Source: Methanomassiliicoccales archaeon (lineage in GTDB: Archaea > Thermoplasmatota > Thermoplasmata > GCA-020350865). From it: a DNA stretch of 45,018 bases. The translations under genes and the position numbers were made by a program. The notes under the pieces were generated by a model. That model did no database searches and had not been told where the DNA came from. It saw only the letters and a list, made by a program, of their open reading frames with translations. This document shows, in pieces, positions 8,873-16,836 of the stretch (positions within the stretch are counted from its first letter, which is position 1; each line of letters starts with the position of its first letter). The DNA is taken from assembly GCA_020347705.1 (NCBI GenBank), contig CP070739.1, positions 2,446,834-2,491,851 of the forward strand. The letters are read 5' to 3'.

Positions 8873-10012
8873 TTACTTCAACTTGTCACCTGCAATAACC
8901 ATCCTCTGCACCTCAGAGGTTCCTTCATAGATCTCAGTGATTTTTGCATCTCTATAAAGTCTTTCCAGGGGATAGTCCTTGATGAATCCATAACCTCCAT
9001 GAATCTGAATGGCGTTCCTGGTGGCCTTCACAGCGGTGTCGGAAGCATACAGCTTTGCCATGGCCGCTTCAGCAGAATATCGATTGCCGGAATCCTTTGT
9101 GAAAGCTGCCTTATAGACTAAAAACCGCGCTGCTTGTATTTCCGTGGCCATATCAGCTATCATCCACTGTATCGCCTGAAATTTTCCTATGGGCCTTCCG
9201 AACTGCTCCCTTTCCTTGGCGTATTTCAGGCTTTCATCCAACGCTGCCTGGGCTATGCCCAGGGCCTGGGAGGCTATGCCGATTCTTCCTCCATCCAAGG
9301 TGGACATAGCGATCCTAAAGCCTTTACCCTCTTGTCCCAGCAGATTCTCCTTTGGAAGGTGCATATTCTGGAAGACCAACTCCGCTTGAACAGAGCCTCT
9401 GATTCCCATCTTGTCCTCGATAGTGCCTATTGAGAAACCGGGTGTGTTCTTATCGAGAATGAAGGCTGATATACCCCTTGTTCCCTTGCTCTTGTCCGTC
9501 ATGGCAAAAAAGACTATAGTATCGGCCACGGCACCATTGGTGATGAATATCTTGCTTCCGTTGATCACATATTCGTTGTCCTTTAGAACTGCAGTGGTCT
9601 GCTGGGAGGCCGCGTCGGTTCCTGCACTGGGCTCTGTGAGTCCAAAGGCCCCAAGTTTTTCCCCGTTAGCAAGAGGTGTTAAAAACCTCTTCTTCTGCTC
9701 CTCTGTACCGTAGGTTTCAATTGGATAGCACGCCAAGGAGTTGTTCACGGACATAATCACACCATGGGACGCGCAGACCCTTGAGATCTCCTCGACGCCT
9801 ATAGCGTAGCTTATGGAATCGAGTCCCCCGCCTCCGTACTCCTTTGGTACCGTCATACCCATCAGCCCGAGTTTTCCCATCTTTTTAACGGTCTCCTTCG
9901 GGAATTCACAGGTCTTGTCTATATCGGCCGCGATGGGTCGAAGTTCGTTTTCCGCGAACTCTCTCACCATCTTCCTGACCATCTCTTGTTCTTTGGTTAA
10001 AGCAAAGTCCAT
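8873..10012 (-). CDS. Acyl-CoA dehydrogenase (butyryl-CoA dehydrogenase-like)
   Basis: ACAD signatures are present: GLTEPSAGTDA, GSKIFITNG, IHGGYGF..DYPLERLYRDAKITEIYEGTSE. It lies directly upstream of etfB-etfA on the same strand. Confidence 0.9.
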   Translation of the reverse strand: MDFALTKEQEMVRKMVREFAENELRPIAADIDKTCEFPKETVKKMGKLGLMGMTVPKEYGGGGLDSISYAIGVEEISRVCASHGVIMSVNNSLACYPIETYGTEEQKKRFLTPLANGEKLGAFGLTEPSAGTDAASQQTTAVLKDNEYVINGSKIFITNGAVADTIVFFAMTDKSKGTRGISAFILDKNTPGFSIGTIEDKMGIRGSVQAELVFQNMHLPKENLLGQEGKGFRIAMSTLDGGRIGIASQALGIAQAALDESLKYAKEREQFGRPIGKFQAIQWMIADMATEIQAARFLVYKAAFTKDSGNRYSAEAAMAKLYASDTAVKATRNAIQIHGGYGFIKDYPLERLYRDAKITEIYEGTSEVQRMVIAGDKLK

Positions 10013-10266
10013 TTACTCTCTCTCCCGGGGAGGTTGGCGTATGAGTTTTTCGATTAATAAGTTTTCTGTTTTTAGGTTTAAAAAGACATATAATCTCGAT
10101 GATGATGCAAGATTTGAAAGGGTTCTGTAAAGGAAGTGGCTCCGCCTGTGAATTCCAACCGTACTCCGAAAAAACTCCGAAAACATTATTAGGTGGTAAT
10201 CATTTGTAACAATGGCAAAACTTATTGGATTGTCAATTTGAATCAAAGTGAATCAAGGAGAGCGCC

Positions 10267-11136
10267 ATGACCGAGTTGCTTGAAGATTTGGAGGAGCAAA
10301 GAAGTAAATTGAACAAGAAAGCGGAGCAGTACAGGAGGCGAAGGGACAAATTTAACAATACTGCGAGGAGATGGGCCGATAAAAGGGACAAATTAAACGG
10401 CCAATCAAGGGAGAATATTGAAAAGGCCAATTCCCATAGGAAGGAGAGGGACACATTAAACGACCTCGTAAAAAAGGCAAAGGAAGAGAGGGAAAATTGG
10501 AACAAAAAGGTTTCTGAGGCCCAATCCAAACTTGGAGGTCTTAAGAAAAAGCATCTTCCCAAGGATGGAATCACCCTTGAAAAATTGAAGAGAGAGGTTA
10601 GGAATCTAGAATTCAAGCAACAGACCACGGTGTTATCCGTGGAGAAGGAGAGAGAGTTACTGGAACTTCTGTCGGACGTTCAGAGCCAAATTCGGGAAAG
10701 AGAAAAGTTACTTGAAGGCAACAAGGAGATTCAAGAGGCCTTAAAGAAAAGAAACGAAGCGAAAGAGAAGGCCGAAGATGCCCATGGACTGGTGAGTGAA
10801 CATGCGGAATCGGCCCAAAAGGAACACGATGCAATGTGTAAATTTTATGATGAGGGTGACCGTTTAAGAAGAGAGGCAGACGGTGCTCAGATTGAGTTTA
10901 AAAAGGCCAAATTGGCAGCCGATGAGGCCCATAAGAATCATGTCGAGATGGTAAGGCAGGTCCATGATTTTGATAAGATCATTGCAGGTTTGAGACAAAA
11001 GAAGGCAAGGGCAAGCCGGGAGATAGAGGAAACCACAGCAAAGAAGGAAGCAGAAGACATCTATGAACGGTTCAAAGCGGGAGAAAAGCTCAGCACAGAG
11101 GATTTGATGTTCCTTCAAAAAGCCGGTTATTTATAG
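10267..11136 (+). CDS. Archaeal coiled-coil protein (COG1340-like), function unknown
   Basis: 289 aa, almost entirely Lys/Glu/Arg-rich heptad sequence. GGAGAG lies upstream of the ATG. Confidence 0.55.
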   Translation: MTELLEDLEEQRSKLNKKAEQYRRRRDKFNNTARRWADKRDKLNGQSRENIEKANSHRKERDTLNDLVKKAKEERENWNKKVSEAQSKLGGLKKKHLPKDGITLEKLKREVRNLEFKQQTTVLSVEKERELLELLSDVQSQIREREKLLEGNKEIQEALKKRNEAKEKAEDAHGLVSEHAESAQKEHDAMCKFYDEGDRLRREADGAQIEFKKAKLAADEAHKNHVEMVRQVHDFDKIIAGLRQKKARASREIEETTAKKEAEDIYERFKAGEKLSTEDLMFLQKAGYL

Positions 11137-11193
11137 GAGTTTATATTTAAAAGTTTCGGCAAAGAATTAAATATTCAGAATCTAATTTAAGTA

Positions 11194-11253
11194 GGGGACT
11201 TTGGGCTAGTTGTTAGAGTGCATCCCATCCCTTCTGACAAGGCTAGCCCCCCC
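11194..11253 (+). other. GC-rich imperfect hairpin in a long AT-rich intergenic region (possible terminator element or small RNA)
   Basis: GGGG(11194-97)..GGGCTAG(11203-09) pairs with CTAGCCC(11243-49)CCCC(11250-53). A T-rich tract follows (tattttatttaaatatttgtttt). Confidence 0.25.
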
Positions 11254-11327
11254 TTCCTATTTTATTTAAATATTTGTTTTACGGTATTATTCTTCAATTT
11301 AGTACGTATTTTCTGTTTTTAAAGGGC

Positions 11328-11347
11328 GGTAAAACGAACGTTTTACC
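11328..11347. promoter_or_regulatory. Perfect 20-nt palindrome, candidate operator upstream of coaBC
   Basis: GGTAAAACG-AA-CGTTTTACC has 9-bp arms. GTAAAAC/TAAAAC half-sites recur immediately downstream (ctGTAAAACactaTAAAACaca). A second inverted repeat, AACACAA..TTGTGTT, lies at ~11366-11388. Confidence 0.3.
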
Positions 11348-11474
11348 CCTGTAAAACACTATAAAACACAACATATAGTTAATTGTGTTAATCCACATTA
11401 TTTGATGCAACGTTTTGATAATTTATCTTATTAAACCCATTATCTATAAATCCTATAAATACATTTATAGCGTT

Positions 11475-12674
11475 ATGCATCCGGCAAGGGAGCTTTGCTG
11501 CATAAAAAGCCACAAATTGGAAGGCAAGAAGATCGTTATCGGAGTAACGGGGAGCATAGCTGCGGTGGAGAGCGTTAAACTGTCCCGTGAACTTATCAGG
11601 CACGGCGCAGAAGTGTATCCGGTTATGAGTCCTGCAGCCCAAAGGATAATCCATCCGAACGCTTTGGAATTTGCCACTGGAAATGTCCCTGTAACGGAGA
11701 TTGATGGACAGGTTCAGCATGTTGCTTTATGCGGTGAGGTTAAGGATAGGGCCGATATGCTACTTATCGCTCCTTCCACGGCAAACACGATTTCAAAGAT
11801 CGCCTGCGGCATCGATGACACATCCGTTACGACATTCGCAACCACGGCCATAGGCTCTAAGATTCCGGTTATCGTCGTTTGCGCCATGCACATTTCGATG
11901 TACAATCACCCCCTCGTCCTGGAGAACATAAAAAAGCTAAGGGAAATTGGTATCAGCATATTGGAGCCTAAGATCGAAGAGCACAAGGCCAAGATGCCAA
12001 ATATCCATGAAATCGTTGCGGAAGTGATTAGGATTTTGGGTAAAAGAGACCTGGATGGCAAGAAGACCTTAATAATCGCAGGCGCAACCGCGGAAGAAAT
12101 AGACGATATGAGGATAATAACGAACAGGAGTACAGGAAGAACCGGAGTGGAACTGGCGATGAATTCCTATGAGAGGGGGGCCGACGTTGCGCTTTGGATG
12201 GGTAGATGTCATGTTCCATTGCCAGAATTCATCCCTACAAAGCGATTTGAGACGGTGCAAGATCTATTGAAAATGGTGGATGAAATCGATCATGACATCG
12301 TGATTATCCCAGCAGCGATATCTGATTACTCTCCAGAAAAGCATAAAGGCAAGATACCTTCCCAAAGCGAAGAGCTGAGCATAAAACTGAGGCCGAATCC
12401 AAAGATAATCCAAAAGATAAGGTCGAAATCAGATTGCTATTTGGTAGGATTCAAGGCCGAGTACGGTGTAACCGAAGAGGAGCTTGTCGAAAGAGCCCGT
12501 AGCCGGATGAAGGAGACGGGATTGGATTTGATAGTAGCAAATGATATCAGCAATACGACACAAGATGAGAATTGCGTTTTCATCCTGGGCAATGACATGA
12601 AGAATGAAAAGATAGCCGGCAGAAAAGAAAAGATCGCTATGAGGATTTTGGACAGGGTTGTGAGCCTTTGCTGA
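11475..12674 (+). CDS. coaBC: Bifunctional phosphopantothenoylcysteine decarboxylase / phosphopantothenate-cysteine ligase
   Basis: A flavoprotein N-domain (KKIVIGVTGSIAA..., APSTANTISKIACGIDD) is followed by a CoaB domain (ITNRSTGRTG, GFKAE). ATG 11475 is preferred over the ORF opening at 11415. Confidence 0.88.
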   Translation: MHPARELCCIKSHKLEGKKIVIGVTGSIAAVESVKLSRELIRHGAEVYPVMSPAAQRIIHPNALEFATGNVPVTEIDGQVQHVALCGEVKDRADMLLIAPSTANTISKIACGIDDTSVTTFATTAIGSKIPVIVVCAMHISMYNHPLVLENIKKLREIGISILEPKIEEHKAKMPNIHEIVAEVIRILGKRDLDGKKTLIIAGATAEEIDDMRIITNRSTGRTGVELAMNSYERGADVALWMGRCHVPLPEFIPTKRFETVQDLLKMVDEIDHDIVIIPAAISDYSPEKHKGKIPSQSEELSIKLRPNPKIIQKIRSKSDCYLVGFKAEYGVTEEELVERARSRMKETGLDLIVANDISNTTQDENCVFILGNDMKNEKIAGRKEKIAMRILDRVVSLC

Positions 12675-13552
12675 GGGCTTCGGCTTTCGTCCCAGGTCAT
12701 GTAACAGGTTTTTTCGAGATCCGTGATAATGCGAAAAAGAAGAGGCATAGAGGCTCAAGAGGTGTTGGTATTTGCCTCTCGAGGGGAGTTCATACCGTTG
12801 TGGGGATTACGAGTTCTAAAACGCAGAGCATAGATGTACTTATCGATAATAAAACAGCCCAAGCACCCGTTACGAAACATGTCGTAAAAAGGATCCTTGG
12901 CAACGAACTTCTGAAGGTGAAGATATCAAGCACGTTAGAACTTCCGCAAGGTCAGGGATTCGGGATGAGCGGTGCAGGGGCATTGAGTGCTTCTCTGGCC
13001 CTGGCAAAGGCCTTGGAATTGGAAATCTCAAGGGATGAAATCGTATGTATGGCCCATGAAGCTGAAATAGAATACAGCACTGGCTTGGGAGATGTTGTCC
13101 CCCAATCGGTTGGGGGAATGGTCATAAGAAAAATGGAAGGCTGCCCTCCATTCGGGATGATTGACCAAATATCTCCTGAAAACACGGATATCGTCTGTTG
13201 CGTCATAGGAGAGCAACTACCTACCAAGACGATCATCACAAATGAGGAGTACAAAAAGCGTATAAACGAGGATGGAAAACGCTGCCTTCAAGAGTTATTA
13301 AAGAATCCAACCCAAGAAAAAATGATGCATCTTTCATTTGAATTTTCCAAAAACACAGGACTCCTTTCAGGGGAACTGGAGGATGCAATTGCGGCCGTTA
13401 AAAAGTACGGCCAGGCAAGCATGTCTATGCTTGGTAATTCCATTTTTGCAATGGGGGACACAGGGATTATGGCAAAAATTTTAAAAGATTTCGGAGAGGT
13501 ATATATCTGTAAGATGGACAGCGAAGGGGCGAGGGTAGTAAAGGGAAGGTAG
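12668..13552 (+). CDS. Pantoate kinase (archaeal GHMP-family kinase, COG1829-like)
   Basis: AFVPGHVTGFF and the GHMP motif GQGFGMSGAGALSASLA are present. The TTG start overlaps the coaBC stop. The neighbourhood is CoA biosynthesis. Confidence 0.7.
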   Translation: MLRASAFVPGHVTGFFEIRDNAKKKRHRGSRGVGICLSRGVHTVVGITSSKTQSIDVLIDNKTAQAPVTKHVVKRILGNELLKVKISSTLELPQGQGFGMSGAGALSASLALAKALELEISRDEIVCMAHEAEIEYSTGLGDVVPQSVGGMVIRKMEGCPPFGMIDQISPENTDIVCCVIGEQLPTKTIITNEEYKKRINEDGKRCLQELLKNPTQEKMMHLSFEFSKNTGLLSGELEDAIAAVKKYGQASMSMLGNSIFAMGDTGIMAKILKDFGEVYICKMDSEGARVVKGR

Positions 13553-13553
13553 C

Positions 13554-14219
13554 ATGAAAGAGATAAGGAATTGGAAATTTCATGGCGTATTCACTGATGG
13601 GGAGAGGCTGCTTACCAGGAATCTTGTACCAGAAAATCGGGTTTACGGTGAGGAACTGGTGAGATTCGAAGGAAAGGAGTATAGGGTTTGGAATCCCAAA
13701 AGGAGCAAGGCGTGCGCAATGCTTCGAAAAGGCAGCAGGTACTTCCCGATAAACGAGGATTCAAAAGTGCTGTATCTGGGTGCTGCAAACGGGACAACCG
13801 CAAGCCATCTTTCGGATATCGTGGGTAAAGGCATGGTGTTTTGTGTGGAGTTTTCAAAGAGAGCATTTCGAGACCTCATCACGGTAAGCGAGAATAGGAA
13901 GAACATGATACCTATTTTTGCGGATGCGAACAGGCCCGAAATCTATAGAGGTATCGTGGGCAAGACTGATGTGGTCTATCAGGATATCTCTCAGAGGGAT
14001 CAAACGAAGATATTTCTCAAGAACGTCAGGAATTTTCTTTCCCCGCAAGGGTTCGGGATATTGATGGTCAAGGCCAGGAGCATCGATGTTTCCGCCAAGC
14101 CCAAGGATATCTTCAATATGGCCCAGTTTGAATTAAAAGATGGTGGATTGAAGGTCCTGGAGAGCGTTATTTTGAAGCCTTATGAAAAGGATCATGCGGC
14201 CATAGTTATCAAACGATAA
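13554..14219 (+). CDS. flpA: Fibrillarin-like rRNA/tRNA 2-prime-O-methyltransferase
   Basis: YRVWNPKRSK, the SAM motif VLYLGAANGTTASHLSDIV, and MVKARSIDV are present. Confidence 0.92.
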   Translation: MKEIRNWKFHGVFTDGERLLTRNLVPENRVYGEELVRFEGKEYRVWNPKRSKACAMLRKGSRYFPINEDSKVLYLGAANGTTASHLSDIVGKGMVFCVEFSKRAFRDLITVSENRKNMIPIFADANRPEIYRGIVGKTDVVYQDISQRDQTKIFLKNVRNFLSPQGFGILMVKARSIDVSAKPKDIFNMAQFELKDGGLKVLESVILKPYEKDHAAIVIKR

Positions 14220-14224
14220 TTGTC

Positions 14225-14914
14225 ATGAAAAATGTTTATATAATCGAAGCTATACCATCGACGATGTTCTCTAAGATAGGGTCTAAAAAGAGGACCAAGT
14301 CGAAGATGTTGATCCTTGTGTTCATCTTTTTCATTTTTATCAACTCGTGCTCATCGGTAGTTACCGCCGCTAACTCTCCTCCAAAACTTACACACGGCAC
14401 CGTGACGCCGAGGAGAGGTTATCCGAATATCGACTACCTCTTCACGGTGACCTATGAAGATGCTGATAATGATGCACCGGCGGGCGTCAGGGTGGTAATC
14501 GACCAGGTAGACTACTTAATGGAAGAGGTAGACCCCACCGATGTGAACTATTCGGATGGCAAGGAGTATTCATTTAAGAAGGCTCTTAGGGAGGGAACAT
14601 ATTCTGTTTATTATACCGCAGATGATGGCAACGGCGGTGTCGTTACCACGAGTTCGTTCACTTTGAGCGTTACCTGGGATGTGGGACATTACGACATCAT
14701 ACATTTTATCGAGGAGAAGGTCTTCCCTGGTGTGCTGCTCCTTTTGGCCATCATTTTCATTCTGCTTTTGATTTTGTGCTTGATCTCCATTTTCATGATG
14801 CTGCAGATGAGGAAGATCGCAAAGGGTTTGGAGGCAAAAGAAGTGGAGAAAAAGGAGCACGAGGAAGGGGTAGAGGAGTTGGAAGGGGAAAAGAAGGAAA
14901 TCGAAACTTCTTAA
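14225..14914 (+). CDS. Small type-I membrane-anchored surface protein with one Ig-like ectodomain and Lys/Glu-rich cytoplasmic tail
   Basis: It has a basic + hydrophobic signal (KKRTKSKMLILVFIFFIFINSCSS) and a beta-rich ~110-aa domain. The C-terminal TM is VLLLLAIIFILLLILCLISIFMML, followed by an EK-rich tail. The start is ambiguous (ATG 14225, 14264 or 14306). Confidence 0.55.
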   Translation: MKNVYIIEAIPSTMFSKIGSKKRTKSKMLILVFIFFIFINSCSSVVTAANSPPKLTHGTVTPRRGYPNIDYLFTVTYEDADNDAPAGVRVVIDQVDYLMEEVDPTDVNYSDGKEYSFKKALREGTYSVYYTADDGNGGVVTTSSFTLSVTWDVGHYDIIHFIEEKVFPGVLLLLAIIFILLLILCLISIFMMLQMRKIAKGLEAKEVEKKEHEEGVEELEGEKKEIETS

Positions 14915-14979
14915 GAATCCCCACCAAACTCAGTAACAATTTAATAGTTTCAAGCCTTTTTACACCCTCGTTTTCGGAA

Positions 14980-15795
14980 GTGGGGGCTTTGTCAGAAGAA
15001 AAATCACGGCTTGCCAGGAAAACAATCGAGGATAAGGACGAAATAAAAATCGATGAGGTAAAGGACGTCCTAGAAACAAAACCCGAGAAGAAGAGTAAGG
15101 GAATAATCCTGGCCCAGTTCTTCGTCCCGTGGCTTATCGCACTGCTTTTTATCGCAGGCCTTTACATTTTCCTTCCCAGCGACAAATTCACAACCCTCGG
15201 CTTCTGGATGCTCGTGTACTTCTTCCCGCCCTTCGGCAAGGAATCGGTTATACCCTTGGCAATAGCCGGTGATAGACTCGGGGAGGCTGTTCCCTGGGAA
15301 TACCCCGAAATGTTCGTTCCCATAGATCCCTGGCTAATCGCCATATCCGTCGCGTTCTTGGACATCATCGTGGGTCTTTTTTTGGTTTGGAATTTCGACT
15401 TGGCGAAGAAGATACCAATAATGGGCCGGTGGATAACGAAATTGGAGAAGAAGGGCGGCACAATATTGAAGGAGAACCGCTACATCGAGGCCCTATCGTT
15501 CGTTGGAGTGGTGCTCTTCGTGATGTTCCCGTTTCAAGGAAGCGGGGGAGTGGGTGCCTCCATAGTGGGCAGGGCCATAGGGATGAATCCCTATAAGGTA
15601 TGGGTGGCCATCATAATCGGGGCCATATCAGGCTGTTTTCTCATAGCCTACGCTGCCGATTCATTCTTCAAAGTGTTCATGGAAAATCGAATATTAGGTC
15701 TTCTGATACTCGTTTTGATCGTCGCATTAGCTGCGGTGCTGATCTTAAAAAGGCGTAAAAATAGGGAAAAAATCGAGGATGAAGAGGAGAATTGA
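14980..15795 (+). CDS. Polytopic membrane protein, small multidrug export-like (Sm_multidrug_ex/COG2426-like)
   Basis: KESVIPLAIAG and LFVMFPFQGSGGVGASIVGRAIGM resemble that family. The ORF opens at 14776 inside the previous gene. GTG 14980 is the first plausible start after the upstream stop, so the start is uncertain. Confidence 0.5.
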   Translation: MGALSEEKSRLARKTIEDKDEIKIDEVKDVLETKPEKKSKGIILAQFFVPWLIALLFIAGLYIFLPSDKFTTLGFWMLVYFFPPFGKESVIPLAIAGDRLGEAVPWEYPEMFVPIDPWLIAISVAFLDIIVGLFLVWNFDLAKKIPIMGRWITKLEKKGGTILKENRYIEALSFVGVVLFVMFPFQGSGGVGASIVGRAIGMNPYKVWVAIIIGAISGCFLIAYAADSFFKVFMENRILGLLILVLIVALAAVLILKRRKNREKIEDEEEN

Positions 15796-15808
15796 AGGAG
15801 AGGAAAAC

Positions 15809-16765
15809 ATGGAGCTTATAAACAAGAAAATATTGGTTACAGGCGGCGCTGGTTTTATCGGGAGCCATCTGGTAGATAAGCTTGTTGACCAGGAAAATCA
15901 GGTCATCGTTGTCGATAACCTTGTCAGTGGTAAGATGGAATTCCTCCAGGAAAGCCAGGAAAAAATCGAGATGGTCAAGGCAGACCTCCAAAATGCTGAT
16001 ACCCTGTTGCCCATCCTCGAAGGATGCGATGCCGTGTTTCATCTCGCCGCCAATCCCCAGGTCAAAATCACCGATGACGAAACAAGGCTGCATATCGATT
16101 CGAACATCATACTCACCTATCATGTGCTTGAGGCCATGCGCAAAAAAAGTGTAAAGGACATAATTTTTGCATCCACATCAACTGTATACGGAGAGCCGAA
16201 TGTGGTTCCCACACCAGAGGATTACGGGCCTTTGATTCCCATCTCATTGTACGGTGCCTCCAAACTCGCGTGTGAGGCCTTGATTTCTGCATATTGTTAC
16301 AGTTACGGCATGCACAGCGTGATATACCGTTTCGCCAATGTAATCGGATCCAGGAGCACTCACGGTGTGATATATGATTTCGTAAATAAACTCAGAGCAA
16401 CCCCTAATTCCATGGAGATACTCGGCAGGGAACCAGGCACTAGGAAATCCTACATCCACATCTCCGACTGTGTGGGGGCAATGATCCACGGCTATGAGCA
16501 CTCAAAGGAGAAGGTCGGTATATACAATATCGGCACCGAGGATTACACGGATGTAAAAACCATCGCCGATATCGTTTGTAGAAGCATGGAATTGGAGGAT
16601 GTTGATTACAAATGGACGGGAGGGGTGGATGATGGCAGGGGTTGGAAGGGCGATGTCAGAATCATGCTCCTTGTAATCGAAGGTATCAAGGCCCTGGGTT
16701 GGAAGCCAAAACACAAAAGTGACAAGGCCGTTGAGCTTACAGCGAGAGAGCTGGTGAAAGGTTAA
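15809..16765 (+). CDS. NAD-dependent nucleotide-sugar epimerase/dehydratase (UDP-glucose 4-epimerase-like)
   Basis: KILVTGGAGFIGSHL Rossmann motif and YGASK catalytic motif are present. ATG 15809 is preferred (MELINKKILVTGG). Confidence 0.88.
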   Translation: MELINKKILVTGGAGFIGSHLVDKLVDQENQVIVVDNLVSGKMEFLQESQEKIEMVKADLQNADTLLPILEGCDAVFHLAANPQVKITDDETRLHIDSNIILTYHVLEAMRKKSVKDIIFASTSTVYGEPNVVPTPEDYGPLIPISLYGASKLACEALISAYCYSYGMHSVIYRFANVIGSRSTHGVIYDFVNKLRATPNSMEILGREPGTRKSYIHISDCVGAMIHGYEHSKEKVGIYNIGTEDYTDVKTIADIVCRSMELEDVDYKWTGGVDDGRGWKGDVRIMLLVIEGIKALGWKPKHKSDKAVELTARELVKG

Positions 16766-16836
16766 ATATTACCAGCAACCATATAATCCCCGGAAAATTC
16801 CAAAACACCACAATAAACGATAAAAGGAGAGAATAT

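Noticed and set aside
10233-10628. 131-aa minus-strand ORF antisense to the coiled-coil gene, and similar antisense ORFs within etfA, etfB and the ACAD gene
   Set aside because: These are Leu/Ser/Phe-rich translations typical of the antisense of Lys/Glu-rich or GC-skewed coding sequence. They have no start context and overlap confidently assigned genes.
14776-14979. The 5-prime extension of the 339-aa track ORF that overlaps the end of the previous gene (Gly/Arg/Lys-rich translation)
   Set aside because: It overlaps a better-supported frame and translates to low-complexity sequence. The membrane protein most likely starts at or after GTG 14980.
16792-16801. A shared GGAA-N-TTCC / TTCCAA motif upstream of envelope genes as a possible regulon operator for the wHTH protein. 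Sites: GGAAAATTCC at 16792, TTGGAAATTCCAA at 23467-23479, ATATTCC-N6-GGAATAT at 23592-23611, TTCCAAAGGA at 36227-36236.
   Set aside because: The common core is only ~6 nt. Arm orientation and spacing differ between sites. Palindromes with 6-7-bp arms are expected several times by chance in 45 kb of AT-rich DNA. This is worth testing only if the wHTH binding motif is determined independently.
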